NCBI RefSeq assembly: GCF_036321535.1
Contig: NC_087436.1
Location: 121,150,001-121,214,000 of the forward strand
Origin: Camelus dromedarius
Lineage: Eukaryota
Direction of reading: 5' to 3'
DNA: 64,000 nt
The number at the start of each line of letters is the position of its first letter. Within the stretch, counting starts at the first letter, position 1. The position numbers were made by a program, and so were the translations under genes. This document shows, piece by piece, positions 35,401 through 45,700 of the stretch. The notes below the pieces were generated by a model. The model saw nothing but the letters and a program-made list of their open reading frames with translations, was not told the origin of the DNA and made no database searches.

Positions 35401-38400
35401 TTGGCCCTGGCCCTCGGGTTGTGGTGGCGGTCCTCGCAACCCTGACCCCTCCCCCAGCTGCTAGCCCCAGCCTGCCTTCCCCACCAAGAGCCCGCAGGTC
35501 GCGAGGGGCCTTGACTACCTGCGACCCTGGTACCACTAGCACGGCGTGGGCGGGGCCGGGGCCGGAAGGGGCGGCCCCTGCGCGGCGACTGCTCACGCCC
35601 ACCGCCTCTGCTTCGCGCAAGCGCGCCGCCCCGTCTTGCTCTGAGCGGCAAACCGGGCGCTCCCGGGGCAAAGACTGGGACAGAGCGGCGACCCAGGGCA
35701 GGGACAGGGACGGGGACAGCACCCTGGGATAAGAATGGGGCGGGTCTTGGCGGCCTCCATGCCCAGCACCGGGCTGAGCGCTGAGTCCCACCTGAGTCAG
35801 GGGGCAACCGGGAACAAAAGGGACCAAAGGACGGGGTTTACACGGGTAGGTGGGAAACAGTGGGGGCACATGGGTGATGGTCAGGATAGGCATATGGGTG
35901 GGTAGATGGGTGGCGGGTGGAGCCTGGAAAGATGTGCAATGGATGATGGTGTATGGCCGGTTGGGTGGGTGGAGGCATAGATGGTGGTAGGCGGAAAAGT
36001 GGTGGTTTGAGGGATGATGTGGGGGTGGTGGACACTGGGGTGGGAGCAGCTCACCTGTTGGAAAAGCAGTGGGCTGCAGACACCACCCAGCAGGTGTGGA
36101 CAAGGCTCCCGGCACAGAAGCTGTTCCCGATGTAGATGGCGGCCAGCCAGGGGTGCGAGCCAGGCAGCGAGGACGAGCCGCCAATGATGCGTGGCCGCAG
36201 GAAGCTCCTCTTCTTGTGCCTCTTGCCGCAGGTCTGGCGTCCAGCTGATCCAGCTACGGGGGGCTCAGACAGCAAGACCTCAGGGGGCGGGGGTTGAATT
36301 CTGGCCAGGGATTCTGGGAGCAGAGGTCACCAGATCACACCCCTGGGCTCCTTCCGCACACCCCAGGCCAGAGAGGGTCCTGGCTGCATCCCATGTCCTC
36401 AGGACCTGGCGGTTCACCCGCCTTCCGCCCCACCCTAGGCAGCTGCTGTGGAAGAGGGTCCAGGGCTTGGGCTCAGTGCTGCCCTTGTGGGCACGTGACT
36501 TACTCTGAACCTCAGTTTCCTCATCTGCAAGATGGGGAGACCGTATGCAGTCACGAGGCTTGGTGGGAACCAGAGTGAACTGGCATACCTGGCAGGTGTT
36601 TATGACCCCCCAGCAGCCTGGGATCCCAGAGCCCACCCAGGATGCCCAGGACAGTCAGGGAGCCCTGGGGTCTGTGGCCAGAGGACAGGCTGGCCTCATG
36701 AAGCTGCCCACTCCCAGGGTCTGACTCCAGGGGCACCCATATTTTTCACCCCCACCTGCACTTCCCTGTTTCTGGAGGCCACCCTGCCCCTGAGACAGGT
36801 TAGGTGGGCCACCCAGAGGACCTGGTGGACCAGCTTGCCCTCTCTGACCTCTGGTGCCAGCCCACTGCATGGCCTTGGACCAGCCCTGTTCTGGGGACCC
36901 TCAGTTTCCCCCTCTCTCAGGCATGGGGTGGGGTGAGGAGGGCCCAGGGAGTGGGGGAAACTGCGTGACCTCGGTCGGGGCAAAGCCAGTGCCGCCCGAC
37001 CCTGCTCCTCCCGACCCCGCCGACCCCGCCCATCTGCGAACCGCAGGCGGCCAGGCGGCAGTACTCCCAGGAGAGCGTGCTGTCCTTCACCACGTAGCAC
37101 CAGGGCCTCTCGTCCTTGTCTGGGTTCCTGGACGCAGGGGAGTCACAGGGCCCCTCAGAGGCGGTGGGGGTGCCGACACCTAGCTGGGTGGGGCTCCTGA
37201 CGTCCCCAGCAGCGCTCACTCATTCTGCAGATGGTTCTGTTCCTCAGCCCACACTCCTCTCACTGGGACAGCCGCCCAGCAATGGGGGTCAGGACCCCGG
37301 GGACAGGCCTGGTCAGGAAGACCTCCCCCCAGGACAGACCCTGCCCGCCCTGGAGGAGGTGGCCTAGAGCGGGCTGGGCCGGTGCTGACCGGCAGTAAGC
37401 GTGGGGACCCAGGCCGAGCAGGGCCGCGGCGCCCACGGAGTCCGCGTGCAGCTCCTGGTAGAGCAGGTCGGAGTTCCAGGCCAGGCAGCTGAGGCCCGAG
37501 GCTGCCGTGCCTGCCACGCCTCGGTAGTCAGTGCCACTCCCTCGGAAGCAGTGCTGGGCGGGCGCTGGGGGCGGGACCGCATGCAGTGAGCCTGGGCCCC
37601 AGACGCAGGCCCGGAGGCCGGCCCACGCAGCTCCAAAGGCTGAGCGACTCACCAATGTCACAGAGCCGCCCGGTGTGGCCCGGGGGGCAGGCACACACGG
37701 TGGTCCCGGTGGCCACAATCAGGTGGCAGGTGCCCCCATTCAGGCATGGGCTGCTCAGGCAAGCTGGGGCAGGGCTCAGAAGCTAGGCCTTGGGCCTCAA
37801 GGGGTGGGGTCAGCACCCAGTTCCGACCCCTGGTGCCCATCACCGGGTGACCCTGGACCAGCCCCTTCCCCTGGGTTGGGAGGGTCAGTGACGTTGCCCC
37901 GCCCTACCCAAGCCACGCGTACCTGTGTGGCGGGAGCCCTCGCACCGAACCTGGCCCCCCACGCATGTGCACTGTTCCACTCGGCCCTGGTGCACGCGGG
38001 CCCAGCGATCGCCTTCCTCCAGGTACTCATAGTGGCTCTCATCAAAGCATTTCTCTGGGGGTGGCACAGTGAGTCCCTGCTCCCGGCGTGGGGCAGTGCC
38101 CTCCTGCCCTGCAGCCCCGTAGTCCTGCGGCCCCACTCACCGGTGCCACAGTCCTTGCCCGTGAAGGCCACGGGGCAGGTGCAGTGGTACGACTCAGGGC
38201 CCTGGGTGCTCGAGCACAAGCCCCCATTAAGACAGGGACCAGAGGCACAGGGGTCCAGGGTAGCTGGGGACACGCAGGAGGGAGGGGTGCGTCTGAGAGC
38301 CCAGGCAGTCTTCGTGCCCCAACCCCACACTGTGACTCCCCCTGCTTGCCGTGGGCCCACAGTCCTGCCATCGAGCCTGCTGCCTTAAAGCTGCCCCTTC

Positions 38401-40304
38401 TGGGTTCCTTGGGATGTGCGTGCTCTGGGAGGGCACACAGACCTCCCCCTCCTCGCCACAAGCCCTGCCCAGCACTCAGACCCTGGGGCAAGTGGGCCTC
38501 TGGCTCAGCACCAGGCACCCTGAAAGCCCGACCCCTCCCCCCCCAGCAGGCAGCAGGGTCCCTTCTGAGTGCCCTGGGACCCCTATAAGCAGGGCTGCCA
38601 GCACTACACTCTGCAAACCACCAGGCCCTTCCCTTGTCCAGGGCTCTTCCCATGTGGCCACAGGGCCCAGCTTGACCACCAGGGGGCACCTTGGACCCAG
38701 CAATGGCCAAAGCAGCTAGCTGTAGGGCCCCTGGAGAGGGCAGGGTCCTTGGGAGGGGTGAGGGGGGTGGTGTTTCCCTCTCCTGCAGTCCCCCAGGCTG
38801 ATGACTCCTCCAGCCCCCGAGGCCTGCAGTAGGATCAACCCTGAAGTCCCCTCCTGTATTCCAGGCAGGATCCCCCCCACCTCCCCCAGTCAGCTCTGAT
38901 GCCCCCACAAGCTCAGCCCCGCCAGGCCCAGCCCCCTTGTAGCCTGGGCTCAGGCCCCATACCCCGGGGCACCCACCTGGGCCCTCCTGCGGAGTGGAGG
39001 TCTGCACACAATAGCCCCAGGCCCTGTCCCGGTCATAGTTGTGAGTCGTGGCACACCTGGGGGTGGTGCGTGCCATGATGTGGGGGTCCCAGGCCAGAGA
39101 CCTGTCCATTCCAAACCCGACTCACACAGGGCACCCCTCTGACAACTCTGGAGCTCTCTCCCGTTCATTCATTCATTCATTCATTCACGACACCTGCTGT
39201 GTGCCAGGCTTGGTCTGGAATAGGGAGGGCAGAGGGGGGAGGGTCTCCAGGGTGGACACAGGGCGGAGGACCAGGACCCACCACTTCCTGTGGGCACTTC
39301 CCTCCGAAGTGCAGGAGTGGAGCATGCGGCCGCCGTAGCGGAAGGGGAACCTGCAGGGCTGCCCGGCCTCGGTGAGCACTGCTGGGAAGGCACAGGGGTC
39401 AAGGGCTCCTGCGCTGGGCACTGCCTGACCCCCATCACATGCCCCACTCCCCAGGGGCTGCCCATGTTCCTCCAGAAACCCTCCCCCGCATCTAGGTGTA
39501 GCCTGCCACCTCCTCCAGGAAGCCCTCCTGACCCACCTGTGCCCCCAGGGCTGCTGTTGGAGGGGGCTGCCCTGGACAGCGGGCTAAGCTCCCCACCATG
39601 GGGTCCCTCTGCCTTTGGAGCTCTCATGGTTGGGATTCTGGGGGTCCCCGAGGTTACAGGGATGATAGGAGTCTCAGGGGTCACTGTGGTACTTTGTTCT
39701 GGGGGTTCCGTTTGGTTCTAGGAAGAGCCGAGAGGTTGTGATGGGGTCAGTGTGGGATGGGCACCCTGCACACTCAGGCCCTGCCAGAGGGCTGATGGCA
39801 GCCCCGGGCCTCTGCTTCCATATGGGGGCCCTCAGGTCTTGAAGCAGGGAACAGGGGACACTGGCTGTCCCAAGGCCTCAGCTGGGCCCTGTGCCCCCGC
39901 CCCTCCCAGAGTCCAAGGAGTCAGACTGAGCTGACTTGGGATCTGCCAGGCCAGCACCATCGCCCTCCGGGCTCACACTCTGGGGGCCTGTTCTGGGGAC
40001 AGACAAGAGCAGCTGTGAGGCTTTCAGAGGCCCCCTGCCCCCCACATCAAACACTTGGCCCCAGCAGAGGCCCAGAGAGAGGGGAACAGCCCACATCCCT
40101 GGGTGGAGGTCCAGCAAATTGTACCCCCAGCCCCTGTCCCCTAGGCCAGCCCAGCACGCCCAGCTTGCCCCCTGGCCGGCTTCCACCCACTCCACGCCCC
40201 TGCCCGGGCCTCAGCCCTAGGACCTGGGGTGGGCCCAGGAGCCCATGGTCACAGTGCGGTCGGGGCGGTGCTCACCCTGCCCGCCTGGGGCTGAGCCCCG
40301 CGAG

Positions 40305-40339
<35 letters not shown>

Positions 40340-40389
40340 GACAGCCCAGGTAGGGGGCAGGGGCTGGGGACCCAGGCCCAGCTCCCCAT
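32298..40389 (-). CDS. HGFAC: Hepatocyte growth factor activator, complete gene with 14 coding exons, 1971 nt / 656 aa (signal-FN2-EGF-FN1-EGF-kringle-trypsin-like protease)
   Basis: 14 GT-AG exons in consistent phase. Activation site LRPR|IIGG and catalytic motifs AAHC, HDLV and GDSGG are intact. Confidence 0.97.
33065..33165. mobile_element. MIR SINE fragment
   Basis: gctgtatgacctgggaag...gcctcagtttccccacctataaaatgggg. Confidence 0.65.
33531..33679 (-). CDS. HGFAC: HGFAC exon 13 (protease domain)
   Basis: [17 protein letters not shown]...[16 protein letters not shown]; 149 nt. Confidence 0.94.
33775..33915 (-). CDS. HGFAC: HGFAC exon 12 (protease domain)
   Basis: [25 protein letters not shown]...[11 protein letters not shown]; 141 nt. 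Confidence 0.94.
34389..34528 (-). CDS. HGFAC: HGFAC exon 11 (protease domain, catalytic Asp)
   Basis: [23 protein letters not shown]...FNPSDHDL; 140 nt. Confidence 0.94.
35860..36045. repeat. GGT/GGAT-rich low-complexity tract
   Basis: Repeated gggtgg/gatgg units at the 5' end of HGFAC intron 10. Confidence 0.6.
36055..36313 (-). CDS. HGFAC: HGFAC exon 10 (linker, activation site, catalytic His)
   Basis: ESLARIQ...[28 protein letters not shown]...SAAHCFSN; 259 nt. Confidence 0.94.
36480..36560. mobile_element. MIR SINE fragment
   Basis: ctctgaacctcagtttcctcatctgcaagatgggg. Confidence 0.6.
37042..37127 (-). CDS. HGFAC: HGFAC exon 9 (kringle, second part)
   Basis: [28 protein letters not shown]; 86 nt. 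Confidence 0.94.
37390..37564 (-). CDS. HGFAC: HGFAC exon 8 (kringle, first part)
   Basis: [11 protein letters not shown]...[14 protein letters not shown]...HAYCR; 175 nt. Confidence 0.94.
37653..37763 (-). CDS. HGFAC: HGFAC exon 7 (EGF-like 2)
   Basis: [37 protein letters not shown]; 111 nt. Confidence 0.94.
37923..38054 (-). CDS. HGFAC: HGFAC exon 6 (fibronectin type I)
   Basis: [31 protein letters not shown]...CEGSRHT; 132 nt. Confidence 0.94.
38141..38263 (-). CDS. HGFAC: HGFAC exon 5 (EGF-like 1)
   Basis: [14 protein letters not shown]...[16 protein letters not shown]; 123 nt. Confidence 0.94.
38977..39056 (-). CDS. HGFAC: HGFAC exon 4 (fibronectin type II, second half)
   Basis: [18 protein letters not shown]; 80 nt. 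Confidence 0.93.
39163..39215. mobile_element. L2 3' tail with (CATT)n
   Basis: ttcattcattcattcattcattcacgacacctgctgtgtgccagg. Confidence 0.55.
39282..39378 (-). CDS. HGFAC: HGFAC exon 3 (fibronectin type II, first half)
   Basis: [33 protein letters not shown]; 97 nt. Confidence 0.93.
39537..39717 (-). CDS. HGFAC: HGFAC exon 2 (Pro/Thr-rich, NQTEPPEQ...PGGT)
   Basis: Acceptor TTCCTAG|AAC; donor G|GTGGGT; 181 nt. Confidence 0.9.
40276..40389 (-). CDS. HGFAC: HGFAC exon 1 (signal peptide [18 protein letters not shown]10[11 protein letters not shown])
   Basis: Kozak GGAGCCATGG; donor AGG|GTGAG; 114 nt. Confidence 0.93.
40309..40338. repeat. HGFAC: Perfect (CAG)10 / (CTG)10 encoding the poly-Leu of the HGFAC signal peptide
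   Basis: Ten uninterrupted units counted directly. Confidence 0.95.
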
Positions 40390-40448
40390 GGCTCCTCCTG
40401 AACTGGCGGGAGGAGCAGCAGGCAGAAGCTGAGCGGCCAGGGCAGGTG

Positions 40449-40478
40449 GGGGTCAAGGCCACCTAGAAATGATTAACC
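40449..40478 (-). promoter_or_regulatory. HGFAC: HGFAC proximal promoter: HNF1-like site (GGTTAATCATTTC) next to a nuclear-receptor-type site (GGGGTCAAGGCCA on +)
   Basis: Motif matches 60-90 nt upstream of the ATG; no TATA box seen; fits a liver-expressed plasma protease. Confidence 0.6.
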
Positions 40479-42295
40479 CCAGCTGCCTCCCATGCCAGGC
40501 CCACATGTCCCCTACATCTGCTGCCCAGCTCACCCTGCCTGACCTAGCTGTCCCCTCTGGCCTCAGCCATGCTGGTCCTGAACCTTACAGTGTCCTCGAG
40601 TCTCAGCTTAGAAGGCTCCTCCAGGAAGTCTTCCAGGGTTACATGGCAGGAAGCGGTCTGGACTCCCAGCCCCAGCTTCTGATCCCCACCTGGGTGCAGG
40701 GCTGGCCACTAATTGTTCACAACCAGAGCGGCTACAGGTGCTGAGCCCTTCGGAGGGCCGGGCCTGGAGGATGGAGTGGCCCCTGGCCAGCAAAAGGCCA
40801 GGCACAGAGAAGAGGGTGTGTACACCGGCTGAGTATCACAAACAACGTCCCTAGGATGGGCACCTCTGCCGCCTTCTCCACAGTGCTTCTGCCTGTCCCC
40901 TCCCAGGATGAGCCGGATGGGACCTCCTATGGGAGTAGAGCCCCATCTGCTGCCCTAGCTCAGGGGTGCCCAGGAGTACCCGCCCCCGCCATTGCTCCCC
41001 AAACCCCGGCCCCAGGACTCCCATGGCCCTGGGCTTCCTCGTCACAGCCTGGACCGCCTGTGCCGTCCCCTCAATCTGTCCCGCTCTGCCCGGCATCCCA
41101 TCCCGAGCCCTGGCCAGGCACCTGGGGGCCACCCAGGGATGCAGAGGCCTGGCTTGGGGTCCTGCCTAGGTCTGGATGTGCCTTGCTCCACACGTCTGTG
41201 AATGGGGATGGGGTATTGCCCCCTGGACATGGCTGCAGCCATCCCCCGACCCAGCCCTAGAGTTCATGACAGGGGCTGTGGACAGAGCTGTTGTGGGAAC
41301 CTCTTCTGTGATTTCCGAGTGGCCACGGAGGTGGGGGTTCCCTGGGCCCCCACTAGTCAGCTCCACTGCCTGCACAGGGACACTGCAGCTGCCTCACTGG
41401 TCACAATCCCTCTGGGCACAATCCCTCTGGGCCCCCATTTCCCCGTCTGTGTAGAGGGAGGGAGTGCAGAAGCTGAGCAGGGCCCCAGCTTGGCACGCAG
41501 TGGGTGCCGGGCCCCTCTCTTCCATTCAGACACCTCCCCTGGGCCCCTGCTCAGCACACAGCTCCCCGGAAGCATCCAGAACAACCTCTGCGGCCTAGGG
41601 CACTCATGCTGAAGGCCCTCTCCGAGAAGCCTGACGTGTGTGACAAGACTGCCCCTCAACTCAGAGGAGGAAGGCGTGCAGGCGGCCCTCAGCTCTTAGT
41701 GTTGGGGTTCCACCGTGGCACCTGGGCCAGAGCGCCATCTCTGTCCGCTACAACCCAGCACCATGCCGTGGCCCTGCCCGCTGGCCTGCCTGCCGCCCCG
41801 GCCCCTCCTGACTCGCTCAAGCCTCAGGGCCTTTGCACAGGCTGAGGCTCTTCCCCACCCCTCCCCAGCGGGGCAGTCAGGTTTCCCCTGAGATGTCCCT
41901 CCATGGACAAGCCCTGCCACACCACCCCTCTAAATGCGGCCAAGGGCGAAAGGACAGGGCAGGGTGGCCTAGACGACCCAGGGGCAAGCCCTGCCCACAC
42001 CGGCAGCCATGCCGGGGAGAAGAGCCTGCACTGACCTGCGGGACGCGGTGCGACTGGGCGAGTGGGCAAGCCCGGGACTTGACCCGGCAGAGCCACGTCC
42101 CGCTGCCTGCAGGCTAGGCCTTTCCTGTCAGGTCGGCCTTCTTCCTTTGCCACCTTTGACTTCACCACCCAGAGCCCCTCTTCTCCCCGCCCCTGTTCCG
42201 ATGCGTGCACGCGCCCACGGGGGCACGGCTCTCCGAGGGCGGGGTCTGCGCCCAGTTTCCAGCACGAGGCTGACGCTCCAGGTCCTCAAAGACAC

Positions 42296-42301
42296 TTTAT
42301 T
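42296..42301 (-). terminator. RGS12: RGS12 long-isoform polyadenylation signal AATAAA
   Basis: tttatt about 250 nt past the stop. Confidence 0.8.
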
Positions 42302-42553
42302 GAGGGAAGGCCGGACGCCGAGTGGCGGCAGCGGGCAGGGGCCGAGCGGCCCTCTGGGCCAACCTTGGTGGTTGTCCGAGCCCGGGCCCCTCCGCCCTCT
42401 CCTGGTTTGGCTCTCGAAGACGTGGTGGCCGAGGGGGCCCAGGCGGGCGTAGGCTGCCCCCAGGGGATCCTGTTCTCCACGTGTACGGCCAGCAGGGCAG
42501 CTCAGGCGCAGGGGCAGGAGGGGTGGCCTTCAGGGACAGGTCCGCAGGCAGCC

Positions 42554-42780
42554 TCAGACGAAGGTTGCGTGGTGTGGGCTGGCCTTGGGCTTAGCAGGCC
42601 CACCCCGGACAGGGCTCAGGCCAGGGTGGTCTGACGCTGAGGCCCTGCTGGCCCGTGATCTCCGGGGGCCTGTCCGTACCCCTGGAATGCTGCTGCCCAG
42701 CCCAGAAGCCGAGCCAGTGACATGGTCCACGTCGATGATCGAGTTGACCTGGGGGCCTCGGCTGCTTCGGGCCCCACCTC
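42554..42780 (-). CDS. RGS12: RGS12 terminal exon, coding part (...[14 protein letters not shown], class I PDZ ligand)
   Basis: Acceptor GTGACAG|GA after a pyrimidine tract; 227 nt to TGA. Confidence 0.92.
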
Positions 42781-45700
42781 CTGTCACAGGGAGAAGAGAG
42801 AGGCTGTCACCTGTTGGCCCGCCCTGGGCTCTGGAAGCCTGCCCACCCCTCTCCTCCCACAGGTGCTGTCAAGGGGTTTCTGAAACACCCAAATGCATCC
42901 CAGGGGCAGGCAACCTCCAACCTTGAGCCCCTCAGCCTGGCGCAGGCGTGTGGGGAGGGTGGGCCAGCAGCATGGCTGTCTGCAGACTGCCAGCCTTGAG
43001 CCTCTGGTTAAACAAGCCGGCGGCTCCTCCTGGGCCCCACCGTGTGCCCAGCAGTGGGGCGCCCTCTGCAGACACCCCATGCAATGAGGAGGGTCCGGTC
43101 CAGTCGGGACAGAGGGGATGGCTCACCAACTTGGGCGCCGTCTGCCCAGCCAGGTCTCCCCTTGGGGGAGCTGAAAACTGAGCCAGCACCTGAGCCCCGG
43201 CAGTGCCCCAGAGGCCACCCCACCTCCTCCTGACCCTCCCCAGGGGCGTCAGGGTGACTGAGCTGCCCTCCCGGGGGCTGTGAGTGGGGGCTATGCGCCT
43301 GGGTGTGGGCTGTGTTGCAGGAATGAGGGGTCTATGCCTGGGGGTGGGGGGAGGGGCTGGGATAAGAGGTCCCAGATCCCTCAGAGGGACGCAGTTGCCT
43401 CTGGGGTGGGGTTTGGGCACCTGGGAGCAGGCTGTGGGAACTTCTCACGAGAGCCCCCCAGCCCCACCTCATCCATGCCCAGCAGGCCCTGCGCGGCCCA
43501 TCCACCCCACCCCCACTGCGGCTCAGGAACAGAGCTGGGCCCCCTTCACTCCTCCACAGGGGGCTGTCTTCAGAGGCGGTAAGTGGCGTGAGACCCTCTG
43601 TCATGACAGGTTCCGGGCGCACCACTTCCTGGGCTTGGGGGGAGGACCAGGGCCCTCACCAGGCCCCTCGGTCTCCACCCACAGGCCTCACTAACAGGCC
43701 CCTTGGAGGGCTGTAGCTCCCAGGCCAGGGTAAGGCAGAGCCTGGGCCAGGCCTCCAGCCCCCCAGGGCCCTCTTAACCCCACCAGTGCAGTGGCCCACC
43801 TGCCTGATGCCTGGGCCCACATCCTCCGCCTCCCAGGAATCCTCTGAATCCTCCCCAGGCCCTCCTCCACCCAGTCCAGCCCCACCGCCAACACCACGAG
43901 CCAAGTGCCCCTTCCTCCACCCCAGCCCCTCTTCCAGGTCCTCAGTGGTCGGCCAGGCCTCTGCCTCCAAGCCCCCACCTCACCCCCAGGAATTCCCAGG
44001 CTGCCTGAAACTGCCCTGGAAGCTTCTAGATCCTGGGGTGGTCAGCCTCACCTCCCTGCCCACCACCCCCAGGAGCCCATCTGTCCCAGAGCCATCACTG
44101 CTCTGGTCCCAGGTGGGGCCCCTGGAGGACAGAGGTGCAGCCCCCAGGTGCCCACAGCCTTAGCCCCTCAGTGCGCTCCTCAGGCCACTCCCAGAACAGC
44201 GCCGCCTGGGTTAGGACCACGGGCGGGGTGCCAGGCCCTGGTCTGTCCAGGTGTGGGCGGGAGCCCAGAGTACCTGGGGGGCGTCCTCGGTGAGCCTGGC
44301 TCCCAGGACCCTCAGGCGCCTGTGGGGAGCCCAACCATGGCCCCCAGGGACACGGCGTCCTGCCACTGACTGCCCCTCCCTGGGTGTCAGCTGCCTGGTC
44401 TTGCTGGTGGAGGTGAAGGCCCTGCTCCCTCCATGGGTCCGAGGCCTACAAGCGAAAGCGAGGACGGCCAAGGGGGTCAAGAGCTGCTCCGGGGCCCCCA
44501 GCACCCCTGAGGAGAGTCTGAGCCTGCAGGCCGAGGCCCGTGGTCCCCTCTGACCTGACTGGACCGAATCTGTCCGAGGCCCGGCAGAAGGGCCTCTCAC
44601 CCACTTCCTTCCCCAGCGCGTACGCACCGGGGCCTCACACAGGGCTGCTCAGGCCACGTGTGTCCTATTGGGCAGGTCCGATGGCTGTGGAGCAGTGGGA
44701 GGGGTTTTCAGGAAAAGCTGCCTCTTTTGAGTTCCAAGGGTCCACATAAACAGCTGTGACTAGAAGCTTCTTCCAGGCAGTCCTTTAGTCATTCAACAAA
44801 CATCCTGCTAAGGCCTGCCGGGACCTACCCTGTCCCCTGCTTGTTGCTGGGTTCTGAGGCCCAGGAGATGATGGGGTGGGGCTGGTCTTCGCTTGAATTC
44901 CAGGCCATGTGGAGAGTCAGGGCTTTGCCCCTCAATCGTTTGTCCCCATTTGGGGCATCTGTCTGGAGCATTCAGAGGCCTGCAGTCCCACGTGTGTTCA
45001 GGGTCATGGCCCTCTCCTGTCCTGCCCCTTTGGACCCCTGGGAAGACAGAGGCCTGCAGGAGGCAGGGACAGCTCAGTGGGCTCAGGATGGCGAGGGACG
45101 CCTGCTTCTGGGGACAGGAGGCTTGTCCACAGGCTAATGACCTGCATGTCACAGGGAGGGTGGCAGCGGTCCAGGCCCTTCCTGCCTGCCCACCCACACT
45201 TGCTCTCCTGAGGAAGTGGCATCCCCAGGCTGGTGACTTAGTAGCAGGGCCCAACCCCGTGCAGCAGGCGGGTGTCACGGCCTCTGTACCATGGCCTGCC
45301 TGGGGTCGCTGCCCTCCCCCCACCTCCCGAGGCTCCCCTTGGTGCTCCAAAGGGAGCCCCATCTGCCCCAGACATGAGGTTTGCTCCTGGCCCAGCTTAT
45401 TCCAATCCTCTGTCCCACGTGCCTCCAACACCCAGATGCGAGGCCAGAGCCAGCACCTCATCACCCGCCTCTCAGGCTGCCCTGCTGATTTGGGGGCCTC
45501 ATGCCACACTGACACAGTGTCCAGTGTCCCCAAAGACATGTCCAGTTAGCAGAGCAGTGGGGAGCCCTCAGCCCACTTCGCAGCCGTTACGGTAGCTCTC
45601 CCACTCGCTTGCCCACGGCCCACCTGCCAGGGGTCGCTGTAACCTAGTAACCTGGTTTCCATGGGAATGAGGGGAGCCCTCTGCAGACACCCCATGCGAT

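Noticed and set aside
40217..40246. Intronic ATG GGC TCC TGG GCC (MGSWA) echoing the HGFAC start
   Set aside because: It stops after 9 codons and the nucleotide similarity is too short to support a duplication
40015..40353. + strand ORF with a poly-Gln run
   Set aside because: It is the antisense reading of the HGFAC poly-Leu CTG repeat
41402..41431. 15-bp tandem duplication CACAATCCCTCTGGG upstream of HGFAC
   Set aside because: An ordinary slippage duplication with no evident motif
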